Assembly: GCA_002633005.1 (NCBI GenBank) | Contig: NMRA01000363.1 | Location: forward strand, 308,935-372,934 | DNA from: Phoronis australis | Taxonomy: Eukaryota > Animalia > Phoronida | Reading direction: 5' to 3' | DNA: 64,000 bases | Part shown: one piece after another, positions 1-10,873 of the stretch | How the letters are laid out: each line of letters starts with the position of its first letter | Position numbering within the stretch: the first letter of the stretch is position 1 | Made by a program: the position numbers and the translations under genes | Notes under the pieces: generated by a model | Database searches by the model: none | Told to the model about the DNA's origin: nothing | What the model saw: only the letters and a program-made list of their open reading frames with translations

Positions 1-500
1 GTGTAGGAGCTGACATTTGCGTAGATTTGGCTTTAATTACAACAAAATAAATGAACCTTTGGACTAACCATGATTTACATGCCATACGAGTAGCCCGTCG
101 TTATTGTGGTGGTCTTTTGGAATGAAAGTTCAATAGTCAGTTTTTTTATCGTGAAACTGCCTCTGAAAGCAGTCATGTTAAAGTTAGTTGTTGTTCGACT
201 TGTTGACCTTGGTCTAAAAACCAAAAAAAACAATGGACTTGCACATGAGCCAATGTTAACAGATTAAATAAATTATTATCATTCTGTCTCAGGGACCTCC
301 TGAGTAGCAGTCCAATTAATTTGACATTTTGATTTGGTCGGTGAATGAGGCATAAGGGTTGGGTTGGGTTACTCTCAGCATATTATTGATTTAAAGTAAC
401 AGTGCATTGCACGTTTTTCTTGGTTTTTGTTTTATTTCAACAAATTTTTGTTAAATCTTGAAGAAACTAGATACTTTAGGTTGAATGTGGCTATTTTCAG

Positions 501-598
501 TCGCCATCCAAGGATACCTTTGACTCATTGTCTGCACTTGACATCGCTGAACAACTAACGTACCTGGATCACCAGATATTTATGAACATCAGAAGCGA
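501..598 (+). CDS. RASGRF: RasGRF-like Ras guanine nucleotide exchange factor, RasGEF/CDC25 domain exon (gene starts upstream of window)
   Basis: tttcag|TCG...AGCGA|gtgagt; translates SPSKDTFDSLSALDIAEQLTYLDHQIFMNIRSE, matching the CDC25-domain 'A.QLT.LD..IF..I' motif. Join 501-598,1431-1515,5932-6129,6988-7067,8093-8210,9757-9825,10760-10873 stays in frame (253 aa). Confidence 0.93.
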
Positions 599-1430
599 GT
601 GAGTATTAATTGGAGTGGAAGCTACAGTCAAATTTCTCCAATTTAGAACACATTATGAAACTGTATTTTCTCAATTTTTCATAGACGTGTAGCATCAAAT
701 CATTGCTTCGCCATGTTCAAGCTTTGTATTCTAACTACCATCAGAAAATACTTTGAAAAAAGTTTAAGCATTTGCAGCAATATTAGAAGACCTTGAAAAA
801 CAAAAAATGGGTAATTTTGGCAATTATTTTTGTATGAAGTTGATGAGATTTTAACGTGAAAGTAACCGTGGTCAATCATGTGCTACTGTTTTTAGTGGAC
901 TTGCCATTTGTCAAACCACGCCTTTCAGAATTTTTTTGCATCGAGTTTTGAATAATTAGTTATTAGATACTCTTTTTGAATATGTAGGCTCATTAGATAC
1001 CTCTGTTTGAATAGTTGTAGGCTCATTAGAGATCCTGTTTGAATACATAGACATCTTGTATCTTTGTCAATTAATGGGATCGGTAATTTCTATCACTGTC
1101 TTAAGTTACGTATCAATGATTTGACAGCAACCAAACTCAGTCAAGCTGAAATCAACTGAAAATGTATGCACAAAACGTAACGAGAGCGGCGCACATGAAG
1201 TAATATCCCACGAGACATTATTCCACGTATCAACCTCGACCTTAGGTCTCTGTCGATACCAGCCATGGGGCTGATCATAGTACAGTGGAAATTCAAAGCT
1301 TTTCTCCTAATTGATCCGATCTCTTTTAAAGGGGATGCTTACGGCATGTAAATGAAAAGTATTTTTTTGATAGGAAGCAGCTTGATTGCCGCTTTAATAC
1401 AGTTTTGACTTAACCATTTTGACCTTGCAG

Positions 1431-1515
1431 GGAACTGCTGTGTCAAGCCTGGATGAAGCCGGAGAAGGCCAAAAAGGCACCCCATGTCCTACTGGTCAGC
1501 AAGAGGTTCAATGAG
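1431..1515 (+). CDS. RASGRF: RasGRF-like exon
   Basis: ttgcag|G...GAG|gtatg; (E)ELLCQAWMKPEKAKKAPHVLLVSKRFNE; phase matches the previous exon. Confidence 0.93.
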
Positions 1516-2296
1516 GTATGACCGAGGTCACAACTAAACTGTAGTAACCCCTGGAGTGTTGTGTTGTGTAAATAGTGTAGTGTAGCGTAGTGGGTGTCTT
1601 ACCATCTATTCATCGCCAACATTTTTTTAGAATTCAGGGGTTTGTCTAGTTGAAATCTTCCCCAATTAGTGGTACTGCTCGCGCACGGCTGCAAGAAAAT
1701 TTTGTAAACATTCCTTGGTAAAAGCGTTTATTGAGATTTAACCTCAGCATGGTCAGATGGCGCTTGGATCGAGAAAAACTCCATGTATTGATTTGATTTT
1801 TGAGGCTCACTTTCTTTCTTATTTTAGTATGATGGCTGCATGCATAGTCATCTAGCCTCAAAGGGCATGTTGCAGTGGACCCATATTTTTAATTCCTGTA
1901 TGCTTTAGTATTTATTGTTTAATACGTCACCGCACCGAGTTATCTGTGATGTCACTGGATGTTTACGAGCCAGCAACCTTCCCACAATGCATTTGAGAAA
2001 CAACAGCAGCGATGTACAGTGTATACGTGAATTACTGATTTTGTAATATTTGCACTTCAAGTCTAAATTATTCAGACAAAATGACCTAGAATTTTCTTAC
2101 GTGATGGCTGGGCGGAAGCCAAATTCTTCGTCAGAGAATTACCGGAATGTGCTGTCATGACATGGAAACGTATGTCCTGATTGTCTGTCAATGGAAGATT
2201 GATACTGCTATATAATTATGTTGAGGCTAATTGAAGCACACATGCCAACTGCTAAATAAGAAAGATATACGTTTCAGGTCATTCATACTGTGACTT

Positions 2297-2560
2297 AAAA
2301 AATTAGTGCAGATGGTCTCACTGATACACGTTGTACGTTGTATCAGAGGTGTGCAGGCCACTCAGCCAGATCCAATGGATGAAACACCTGAATCAAATTT
2401 CTTGTTTTACCAACATATTACATATAACTCGCATAGTAGACAAGTTAAAGCCAAGCTGAGGAGCTAGAGATCCGACTCAAGGGTCTAGCAGTGGGGTCCA
2501 GTGGGATTTGAACTAACACAGGAGGTGGGCACTCATCCAACTTTACCACACTGCCTCCTC
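2297..2560 (-). mobile_element. tRNA-derived SINE-like element, diverged copy
   Basis: Reverse complement aligns with 42797-43035 (gaggaggcagtgtgg...gttcaaatcc...actgcta[g/a]acccttgag...ctagctcctcagcttgg...tacaacgtgtatcag...ctgcact); the head has Pol III A/B-box-like motifs. Confidence 0.6.
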
Positions 2561-3219
2561 GCTACAGGTCACCCAGTTTAGTATTTTCGTAAAAATCTCA
2601 AAAGTTTCGGAAAGAGTATGGTAAAATGTCACCAAGTTAGAACACAATAGTGCGGTCAGGTTTTTTCACAACTGATGTACATCAGGTACCAGAATGAGGA
2701 TTTGCCAGATACAAGCTCTGCATCACAGCTGTCAGCGGACAATGCTCTGAAAAATTGTGGACATTCGCACCAATGTTAGAAAGTTGTGAAAACTGTCAGG
2801 GATTGGTGAGATTTTACTGTTTAGCACGTCCAAAATTGGTTTTTAGCTTTTAAAGTCCTCCAACTATGTTTTGAGTGTCCAAAATATTGGCTGTGGTATA
2901 AAACTAAAATTGATAATTAACGCATTTATTAGGTACACCTGACCTTTTATGGAAGATTTTAAGGATTAGTAAAACTACTTGTCTGCCATATTCAGTCCTA
3001 AATTGGTGACAGAGATTTTGCCCTAAGTTTTGCTTGATGCCATGATCTGTTTTTTTTTAGAGCAGAATTTTTATTTCGTGAAAATATTTTTTTTGTAAAA
3101 TCCACTTTCTGTTCGTGGCTTGAATTACAATTTTTGTTAAATATTTTATGTTAAATATTTGTTCGAAACTCACTGCAGTCGTATTTTATTGAGACTTTCT
3201 AATTCCCTCAAAATTCATC

Positions 3220-5631
3220 TACCGTAAACGTTCGGGTAAACGCCCATGCTCAGTTAACCGCCCACCCCCTACTTTAGGTGGATTTTCGATTTAACCGCCC
3301 ACTGCTCGGTTAAGCGCCCACCTCTCGGTTAAGCGCCCATCCCCGACTTTTAAAGAATGAAGATTTAGTGCCCAGTGCTAAGGAAACGTGCGATTTCCCG
3401 ACTTTTAGAAAAAGATCGATGATCACAAAGAGCGCAACGACGCCGGGCTTCCGAGACGGTGGTTTAGCAATGTGAATTACAATTCAAGTAACGAGTTATT
3501 GTCTTGGATCATGGACTCACTTCAAAATATAATACTTGAACGTTTTTGTCACTTTATTTTCTTCCCATGTTTGCAAAGTTTAAGAACGCCGCCGGCGTCA
3601 AAACCTCCGCTTTCAGCGACTTTGTCTGCCGCGCTGAGTTTCCATCTGTAGTGCACAAAATGAAATATATATTCGAAAAAATCAGGCCAGAGAAATGTGA
3701 CCATGGTTTTGCCAACCCTCCAAATTCTATTAAGGTGGGAAGCTCTCGTATTTTGAACAAATCGCACAACTCACGGAAAGATGTCAAATTCTCAATATTT
3801 TGATGAATGTAACTGCCGGGTTATAGAGGATGTGTGGCGATCGAAGGGACAGTACAAGTTCCTTACTGGATTATTGATTTCGTTGCTGCCTGTCGATTTC
3901 TGAATTCAAAGGTTGACAATAATGTATGTTTGTGTATGATCTTGAGGTAATAAAAAACTGCTAGTCAAATTTTGTTTTTCGCGTATTGCGTCTCAGTCAA
4001 ACTGGCGTTAGCAGATTTAACTAATGTCGCTGGCTGTTTACTATTTCTTGTGTCAGCCCCCACGTAAGCGTGACTGTGTGAATTATCGTTTCCACATCCC
4101 CTTTTTAGCCATCCAGAATAATTTTGTTTATACATTGGCCAGTTTCAGCCTGAACAAAAATTCCTAACATTCTAGTCTGAAATATATACGACGTAGACTG
4201 ACTGAAAATTGGCGATAGTGGGTAAGAGATGAACGCAGCTAGCTACGGGCATGGGCTTAGGGAACATCGAGCCGGGAAATATCGGAATTGACTTGACATC
4301 GCAGTTTTGGGGAACATTGGCAATGGAGGAACATCGTAAAGAATTGGGTCTTTTGTAGCAACAGCTTAAAAGTACATAGTCACGCCCGTTTTTGATACTT
4401 AGGACTGTCGCTATTCTCTTTGGCGACTTTGTTGTGGTGCACGTGCGCAAGTTCCCACACTTTGGAGTGCATGTTACCTTGACACCAACATGTGATTGAC
4501 AGGTGACTCACACGTAGGCCCTACGTGCGTGCTGAATCCCGCCGCTATCTTTTGCCATAAAAAAACGAGGTGCATATATCGAAAGAGGCCGTTATATTAC
4601 TTGACGGCATTTATAAATCACGATTGTCAGCCGACTGAGACATTGCGCGCTAACAGCCTGACCGATCAGTGCCGCAATGCGATTTTGCAAGTGATATAAA
4701 TAGGATAATCTGGACATCCTGCATGAAAAATAAATGTTTTTCCACCACGAAGTTTGGTAAGGTGATCGTTTAAGAATGAATTGAAACATCGCTGTTTTGT
4801 GGCGTTTTATCACATATTTATGCCGTGGCTCGAAATTTTATTGTTGATTGACGAGTGGCTCACCCCGATTCTTGTCTTAGGCCTACTTCTTTGCCGAGCA
4901 TGTTTGGCGCAACGGCAAGTGAGCAATGCCGGGCGGTCGAGATAAAAAAGCTAGCCGCAGAACCATACGCTGAAACTGTCATTGAGTCACGGAGTGTCGA
5001 CATCCCAAACACAAAAAACATCTGAGTTAAGTTTATCAAACTTTTAGTACAACTAATTTTAAAACTGCTCTCTGACTATGAACTTGGCAGCTAGTACGAG
5101 ACTGTAACCATAAATTTGATGTCTGCTGTGACGTCTGCAACAAGTGAAGCTTGCACGCGCGCACTTTAGCAAGGTCACGTGTTGAAATATTTGCAAAGTA
5201 GAGGCTGCGTGGTCTCTGGTCGTCTGCGCTGCGCAGGGCAAAGTAACAAGACTGCAGGATGGCACGGGGCTATTACTCAGCAATTCTGTAAATTTAATAG
5301 AGTGAATAACTAATCTGAGGGCAAGAGAACCTTTGTTGGGATCATCCGCTGTTATGACATTTTCCCCGTCATGTGGCAACGTGACGATAACGCTCTTTGA
5401 AAAGTGCTACACGTTCCGAGTGCGTGTGTGGTGTGGGGACTTAGATCACGAGGTAAGATTAACCGCCCAGGGCGGTTGCTTGTCGTAATTAGCGCCCATG
5501 TTCGGTTAACCGCCCACCCTGGATTTCTTGAAATTTCACGTTTAAGCGCCCATGTCTGGTTAACCGCCCACCCCCGATTTTTTGGGTTTGCCAATTTAAC
5601 CGCCCAGGGCGTTAACCCGAACGTTTAGGTA
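3220..5631. mobile_element. Non-autonomous Tc1/mariner-superfamily (Tc2/pogo-like) DNA transposon, about 2.4 kb, in a RasGRF intron
   Basis: TA|CCGTAAACGTTCGGGTAAACGCCC ... GGGCGTTAACCCGAACGTTTA-GG|TA terminal inverted repeats; many subterminal TTAA(C/G)CGCCCA repeats; no transposase ORF recognised. Confidence 0.8.
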
Positions 5632-5931
5632 ATTATTACCAAACGCTGTGTGGTAAAATCTTAGCAATGCAGGGCACGATATGATGGACAAGTGAAATTT
5701 TATTTTCTCATTTTTTCTATAAATGATATTTAAGTAACATCAAATTAGTGCCTTCTTATCTTCAGGCTCTGTACCACAGCTTGCATTGGATATTTTCAAA
5801 AAATTGCTGGCATTCATCATGATGTCAGGCGTTCTTGAAAAATGAAAATGGGTGGCTTTAGCGCATATTTTTGTCTGAACTCCGTGACAGCTTAAGGTAT
5901 CTACAAAGGACTGCCTTTTCTCTTGCCACAG

Positions 5932-6129
5932 GTCAGTAGACTTGTGGTCTCAGAGATTATCCAACGTCACAGCATGCTGGACAGAGTGGCGGCCATTGAG
6001 AAGTGGGCGGCCATAGCGGACATATGTCGCTGTATGCACAACTACAATGGCGTGTTGCAAATCTGCGCTGCGTTTGTCAACAGCTCTGTCTACCGGCTCA
6101 AGAAGACATGGGATAGATTGTCCAAACAG
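5932..6129 (+). CDS. RASGRF: RasGRF-like exon
   Basis: ccacag|GTC...CAG|gtaag; VSRLVVSEII...IEKWAAIADICRCMHNYNGVLQICAAFVNSSVYRLKKTWDRLSKQ, a CDC25 signature. Confidence 0.96.
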
Positions 6130-6987
6130 GTAAGAATATTTGGCTATTGGATTCATTGTCAGTAAAATACAATGTAAACAGTTATTTGAATGTTTTGCTA
6201 GTTATGTTCGTTTTTATTGTCACAATTTAGATACTGTTGTGAGATTATTTAAGTTGCATGTTGCGGTGTGTTCAGCTGGCTAAAGAAACAAATTAGGTCA
6301 TTGTACACTCAATTATCAGTAAAATTAGACCTAATTCCATTTTCATTTTTAGCCAGCTCAATAAGGCAAAGTTTACACCTGATAAAACATAGTCCTGTCA
6401 AGGAATTTTAACCAGCTATAAACCATACAGTCGTTGGATCACATTTGGCTATGTAATTCTCGAACCACTTGGACCCTGGCACGTTTTAACTCAATTTGAA
6501 ATAATGCAAAGCATTTATTAGTCTCCACAACAAATTTAATAGTGTTGTTTCTTTTATATTATGGTATCATCCAATTTGCAGCTACATTTTATCAAATGCC
6601 ATCTAGAACTCTCTAAATTTTATGAAGGTTTTGCCTCTGATTTTCTAAATAGAACCTGATAGATGCCACAACTATCAATGGTAAAAATTTTCCGATTTGG
6701 GACAGTCTCTAGAATTTGGGACACGGAAACTCCTGCAAAAAAATTGAATTTCCACAATTCTAAATTTTGGGACAAGGGCAATTCTGACGTTTACCATACT
6801 TCTCAAATTTCGGACGTGTTTTCAGTCTACAGAGTGGGTAATTTTGCAGTCTTTCCATTGATTCTTCAATGTGGGACGGCCAATATTGCCTTTTTCTAGA
6901 ATTTGGGACAATTAAGCAAAATAATTAATTTTCACTGTCCCTAGCTGGGGGATGTTTACCGCACTTACTAAACTGGTTGTTTTGTAG

Positions 6988-7067
6988 ACAAAGCAAATGA
7001 TTGAGAAGTTACAGACTTTAGTAGCCTCAGATGGAAGGTTTAAGAATATGAGGGATGCCTTGCACAG
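6988..7067 (+). CDS. RASGRF: RasGRF-like exon
   Basis: ttgtag|ACA...CAG|gtaag; TKQMIEKLQTLVASDGRFKNMRDALHR (RasGRF-like 'KLQ.LV.S.GRFKN.R.AL'). Confidence 0.95.
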
Positions 7068-8092
7068 GTAAGTCAAATCACACAACTGGACCTGGGCCAT
7101 TCCGTCTTCATTTCTTCCGATATTTTCTTGAAATATCGTACTGATTTTGAATTATCTGTAGTTCTGAGTAATGATTTTGTTGATTTTGTATCAACCCTTT
7201 CCTAGAACAAAAAGATAAAAAGAGCCTATTGTAGCATGGTCTTTTTTACTAGGCTAATTGTTTTTTGTTGAATCTTGAAAATTTTTGCATGTCACCTGTT
7301 TTTAGTCTAATGATTTAATTTATTATTTTTCTTAATGAAGTGTATTAAATTGAATGTTATAGAGTGACAAAACTTAGAGTGTTGTCGCCTGAACTGAGAA
7401 GAAGATATTTATAATGGGATATATTAATTGCTGCCTGTGCGGCTGACCTGACAAACACTTTGGGCATTTTCACTTAAAGGGTTGTTATTGTTTTCCTGTT
7501 GAAAATGCATTTTATTTGTTATTATTATTGGATGGGTAAGACTTGAAGGTATTAGCTTTGGCCAGACCTTTACAATATCCATAATTTTGTGTTTTTGTGA
7601 TTTCATGACAAGTCCCCACAATCCTCACTGTTGTCAGTCAGAAATTCGCTGAAATTGAGGCTGGTGGCTTTACTAGATAAATACCCATTAAAGTAGAATA
7701 TCATTGATCGAATGGGATTTAGCTCTGCCAGAAGATTGTTTGACTGCAAGCGCTAGGATTACAGGTTCTAATCCACATTGGGGCTATAACCTCTGAAAAC
7801 GGCTTTTCTTGCCGACGGTGTCCCCTTTAAGCTTATCACTGGTGGGACTGTTGGGGAGAAATGAGACCCTGTCACATGTTCTAACTCACTAGTAGCTATT
7901 CAGTCACTCTTCAGTGACAGCCATTTGCCAATACCGAGATACGAGCTTAGGGATATTTTGTTATTTGTTCATCAATCGCTGACCGAATGTTGTGTTAGAA
8001 TTGCACCGTCTCGTTAGATTTGCATTATCTACTACATCCCTGTTTGTCAGCTATGTGCCTCCCTGTACAACCAGTGACCCTTGTTATTCCAG

Positions 8093-8210
8093 GTGTGATC
8101 CCCCGTGTATACCTTATCTGGGCATGTACCTGACTGACTTGTCCTTCATTGAAGAATCCACTCCCAACATCACAGAGGAGTCACTAGTCAACTACTCCAA
8201 AATGAGAATG
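8093..8210 (+). CDS. RASGRF: RasGRF-like exon
   Basis: ttccag|G...ATG|gtcagt; [39 protein letters not shown]. Confidence 0.96.
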
Positions 8211-8290
8211 GTCAGTTGTGTTTCTTCCTTGTATGATAACGTGCCATGAACTTGCTCAGTGCAGCTCAAGTAAGCTGATAAGGTTGTCTC

Positions 8291-8790
8291 AAGGCCTTTT
8301 CATACTGACTTAACTCCAGTTTGAGCGGAGTGTCGACGTAAACTGCAAACTTAAGTTAACTTGCTTCGGTAGTTAGTGCACTTCAAAGTAAACGGTAGGT
8401 GACACTGTTGTAATCGAAGTAAATCACCAGGTTAAGCTGCACGCTAAGATTTTTCTAATTTGACAATTTGGGAACATTTACAGGTGCTAATTGACATAAA
8501 ACTTATTTTTAATTTGACTGGTGATTGTTAGAGCAAAATGAAACCAACTGTTAGCGACGGCACTACCCTGTAATTGTTGATGATAACAGTGGCACCTGGC
8601 GATAACTTTGATTGGACCAAAGTTGACCATTCATACTGCACCTCAGCGTCGACGCTCCGCTCATAAATCCACTTATTAACTGTGAAGTTAAGTGGCGCTG
8701 TTCATTTTGATCCAGGACCGAAGTTAAGCATTCATACTGACCGCAACTCCCCAAAACATCGATGCGTCGACGTTAGTATGAAAGGCCCTT
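8291..8790. mobile_element. MITE with PIF/Harbinger-like termini, about 500 bp
   Basis: Imperfect TIRs aaggccttttcatactgac / gttagtatgaaaggccctt; its 3' half recurs at 41408-41614. Confidence 0.65.
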
Positions 8791-9756
8791 TGTTTAGTAA
8801 GTGTGGAGGCAGACTTGACCAAGCCTTTATTGTTCTCTTTCAACTGAGGGTTTGATCATATAACAGTAGTAGGACTTATTGAAAGTCAAGTTGGCTGATA
8901 CATACAAAGTTGCACACTGTTGCATTGCTGTGCAATACTGATCAATAATCCTACATAGGATTTGCTTATTTTTGTTGACAACTATTTCTTGAGGCATATT
9001 GTTGCTATTTCATACGAAGAAAGACTTGAGTTTGTGAAGCGATGGATGTTAAGTAGTATTTACCGATGAAAGTCACGGATAACGTAATGTCCGTGATCAC
9101 TCCGTCAAAGTGTTGTGTTGCAGGGCCATAGGTGGGATGACTTCATTGTCTAGTGGGAGCAAGACCCTCAATTAAGGATAATTACCCGACCATAAACTGG
9201 AGTAATCATCTCTGCCTGTTGTAGTGCTAGCTATTTAACAACCTTTCCACTTCATTAGCTCAGATCTACTCCTGTACAAAGGGCATGCTGAATAGGCATC
9301 ATTAAAGTTGTCTGGGGCTTAGAGAATCTGAGAGGTGACCAGTGTAAGCAAGAAATTCTCCACATGTGTCATTATTGTGGGATATAGGCAGAATTCATTG
9401 ACTGAGAAGGTTGACAAAGGCAAAATGGCCAATTTTGTGAATGGTAGTTTGCTGAAATGATGAATCCTTACAAGATGTTTTGCTGTAAGCAGGTTTGACT
9501 GTCACCATGACAATGGGGAAACAGTAATCTCTACTTATTTGGCACATTGTGATAATTGTGTAATCATGTTGAAGATAATCACTCTGACTTGTTGCTATAA
9601 CCTGTAGAATTTCAATGAGTTCAATTTTCATAGTCTATCACATTTGGATCCAAATTTTAGCTGATTTTGTTTTCTTTGAATCCCTTTCGGTATTTCAATT
9701 CTTTTGATACAAATCACAAACAGTCCATTTAGCTCTGAAGTGATGACCTATTTCAG

Positions 9757-9825
9757 ATAGCCCATGTGATCAGAGAGGTGCAGCAGTTTCAGCAGACTCC
9801 GTACAAAATAGAACATCATCAGAGG
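9757..9825 (+). CDS. RASGRF: RasGRF-like exon
   Basis: tttcag|ATA...AGG|gtgag; IAHVIREVQQFQQTPYKIEHHQR. Confidence 0.95.
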
Positions 9826-10298
9826 GTGAGATAATTACTGCATTTAATTACTTTGGAATCATTTCCTGCACACCAGTTGTTTGTTGTTAATGCAAGCATT
9901 AGAAACTGCCTTTTTCACTGCACTTTTTACTCTTCATCAAGAGGCCTGACTGTTTATCAGGGAATCTGATTTAACGTCCTGTTGTGGAGTGGAGCAATCA
10001 ACACATTAGCTTATGGCTTCATATGGCAGTAAAACACTGGCTAAAATAGATTGTATCGTCGACTAAAACTGGTGATTTTTCAAACTGTTCAACTTCTGAA
10101 ATTGAATTCCTCATGAAAAGCTAAGTTGACAACAGTTTTACCTGAAAAAATGGGGTAAGAATTAGCCTTTAGTGGATATGTTAGGTTTAATCTGTCTTCT
10201 GGTACCCGTTTATAAATTGGTTTAGGTACATGTACTCTGTGAAGCATGGTAGATAGTTGACCTACAATATTATGAGACAGATTTTTTTTTTATTCCAC

Positions 10299-10706
10299 CA
10301 TAGATTATAGACAACAGATTCGCAACTCCGACATTTTAATGCGTACTATCATAGGGGAAGCGCCACTCTCCTAAATTACCAGTTTCAGTTTCCGGTTAGT
10401 GTATTGTGACGGGAAATTCTCGCATCTATTTTACAGCCGTGCAATGAAAAATAAAATTCGACATTCAAACGATTTCAAAGTCTTCCAGTAATAGAACTGT
10501 TGGTATCGTGAGTACTTTTGGCACCCGACCTCACAACAGCCAACCATGATTAGCAGACGAAGTACTTCCTGGAAGTAAAACTTGCTAATTTTGCCAGTTG
10601 TTGCTAGTGAATAGTGACGTCACGCCTTATGCGTAAGATGGCAGATTTCGTGCATTGAAAATATACGGTGTTGGCAGTCCATGTATTACAGAACTATAAG
10701 TCTATG
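10299..10706. mobile_element. MITE with CATAG termini and 7-bp target-site duplication (P-element-like)
   Basis: attccac|CATAGA-TTATAG ... CTATAAGTCTATG|attccac. Confidence 0.65.
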
Positions 10707-10759
10707 ATTCCACTAAAAAGGGTGTTGTACAGCTTTGATAATTTATATTAATTTTACAG

Positions 10760-10873
10760 GTGACTAATTATTTATTGGATGAAAGTAAACTGTTGGATGA
10801 AGACGAGACGTACAAGGCATCCCTGTGCATTGAGCCACGACAGTCACGGGTCTCCATGACACCATCGCTATAG
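10760..10873 (+). CDS. RASGRF: RasGRF-like terminal coding exon
   Basis: ttacag|GTG; VTNYLLDESKLLDEDETYKASLCIEPRQSRVSMTPSL*, with the typical 'Y..SL.IEP(K/R)' end of RasGEF domains. Confidence 0.94.
   Translation: MTNYLLDESKLLDEDETYKASLCIEPRQSRVSMTPSL

Noticed and set aside
3546-5379. Transposase or cargo genes among the short ORFs inside the 2.4-kb TIR element
   Set aside because: No DDE, HTH or other recognisable motif in any listed ORF.
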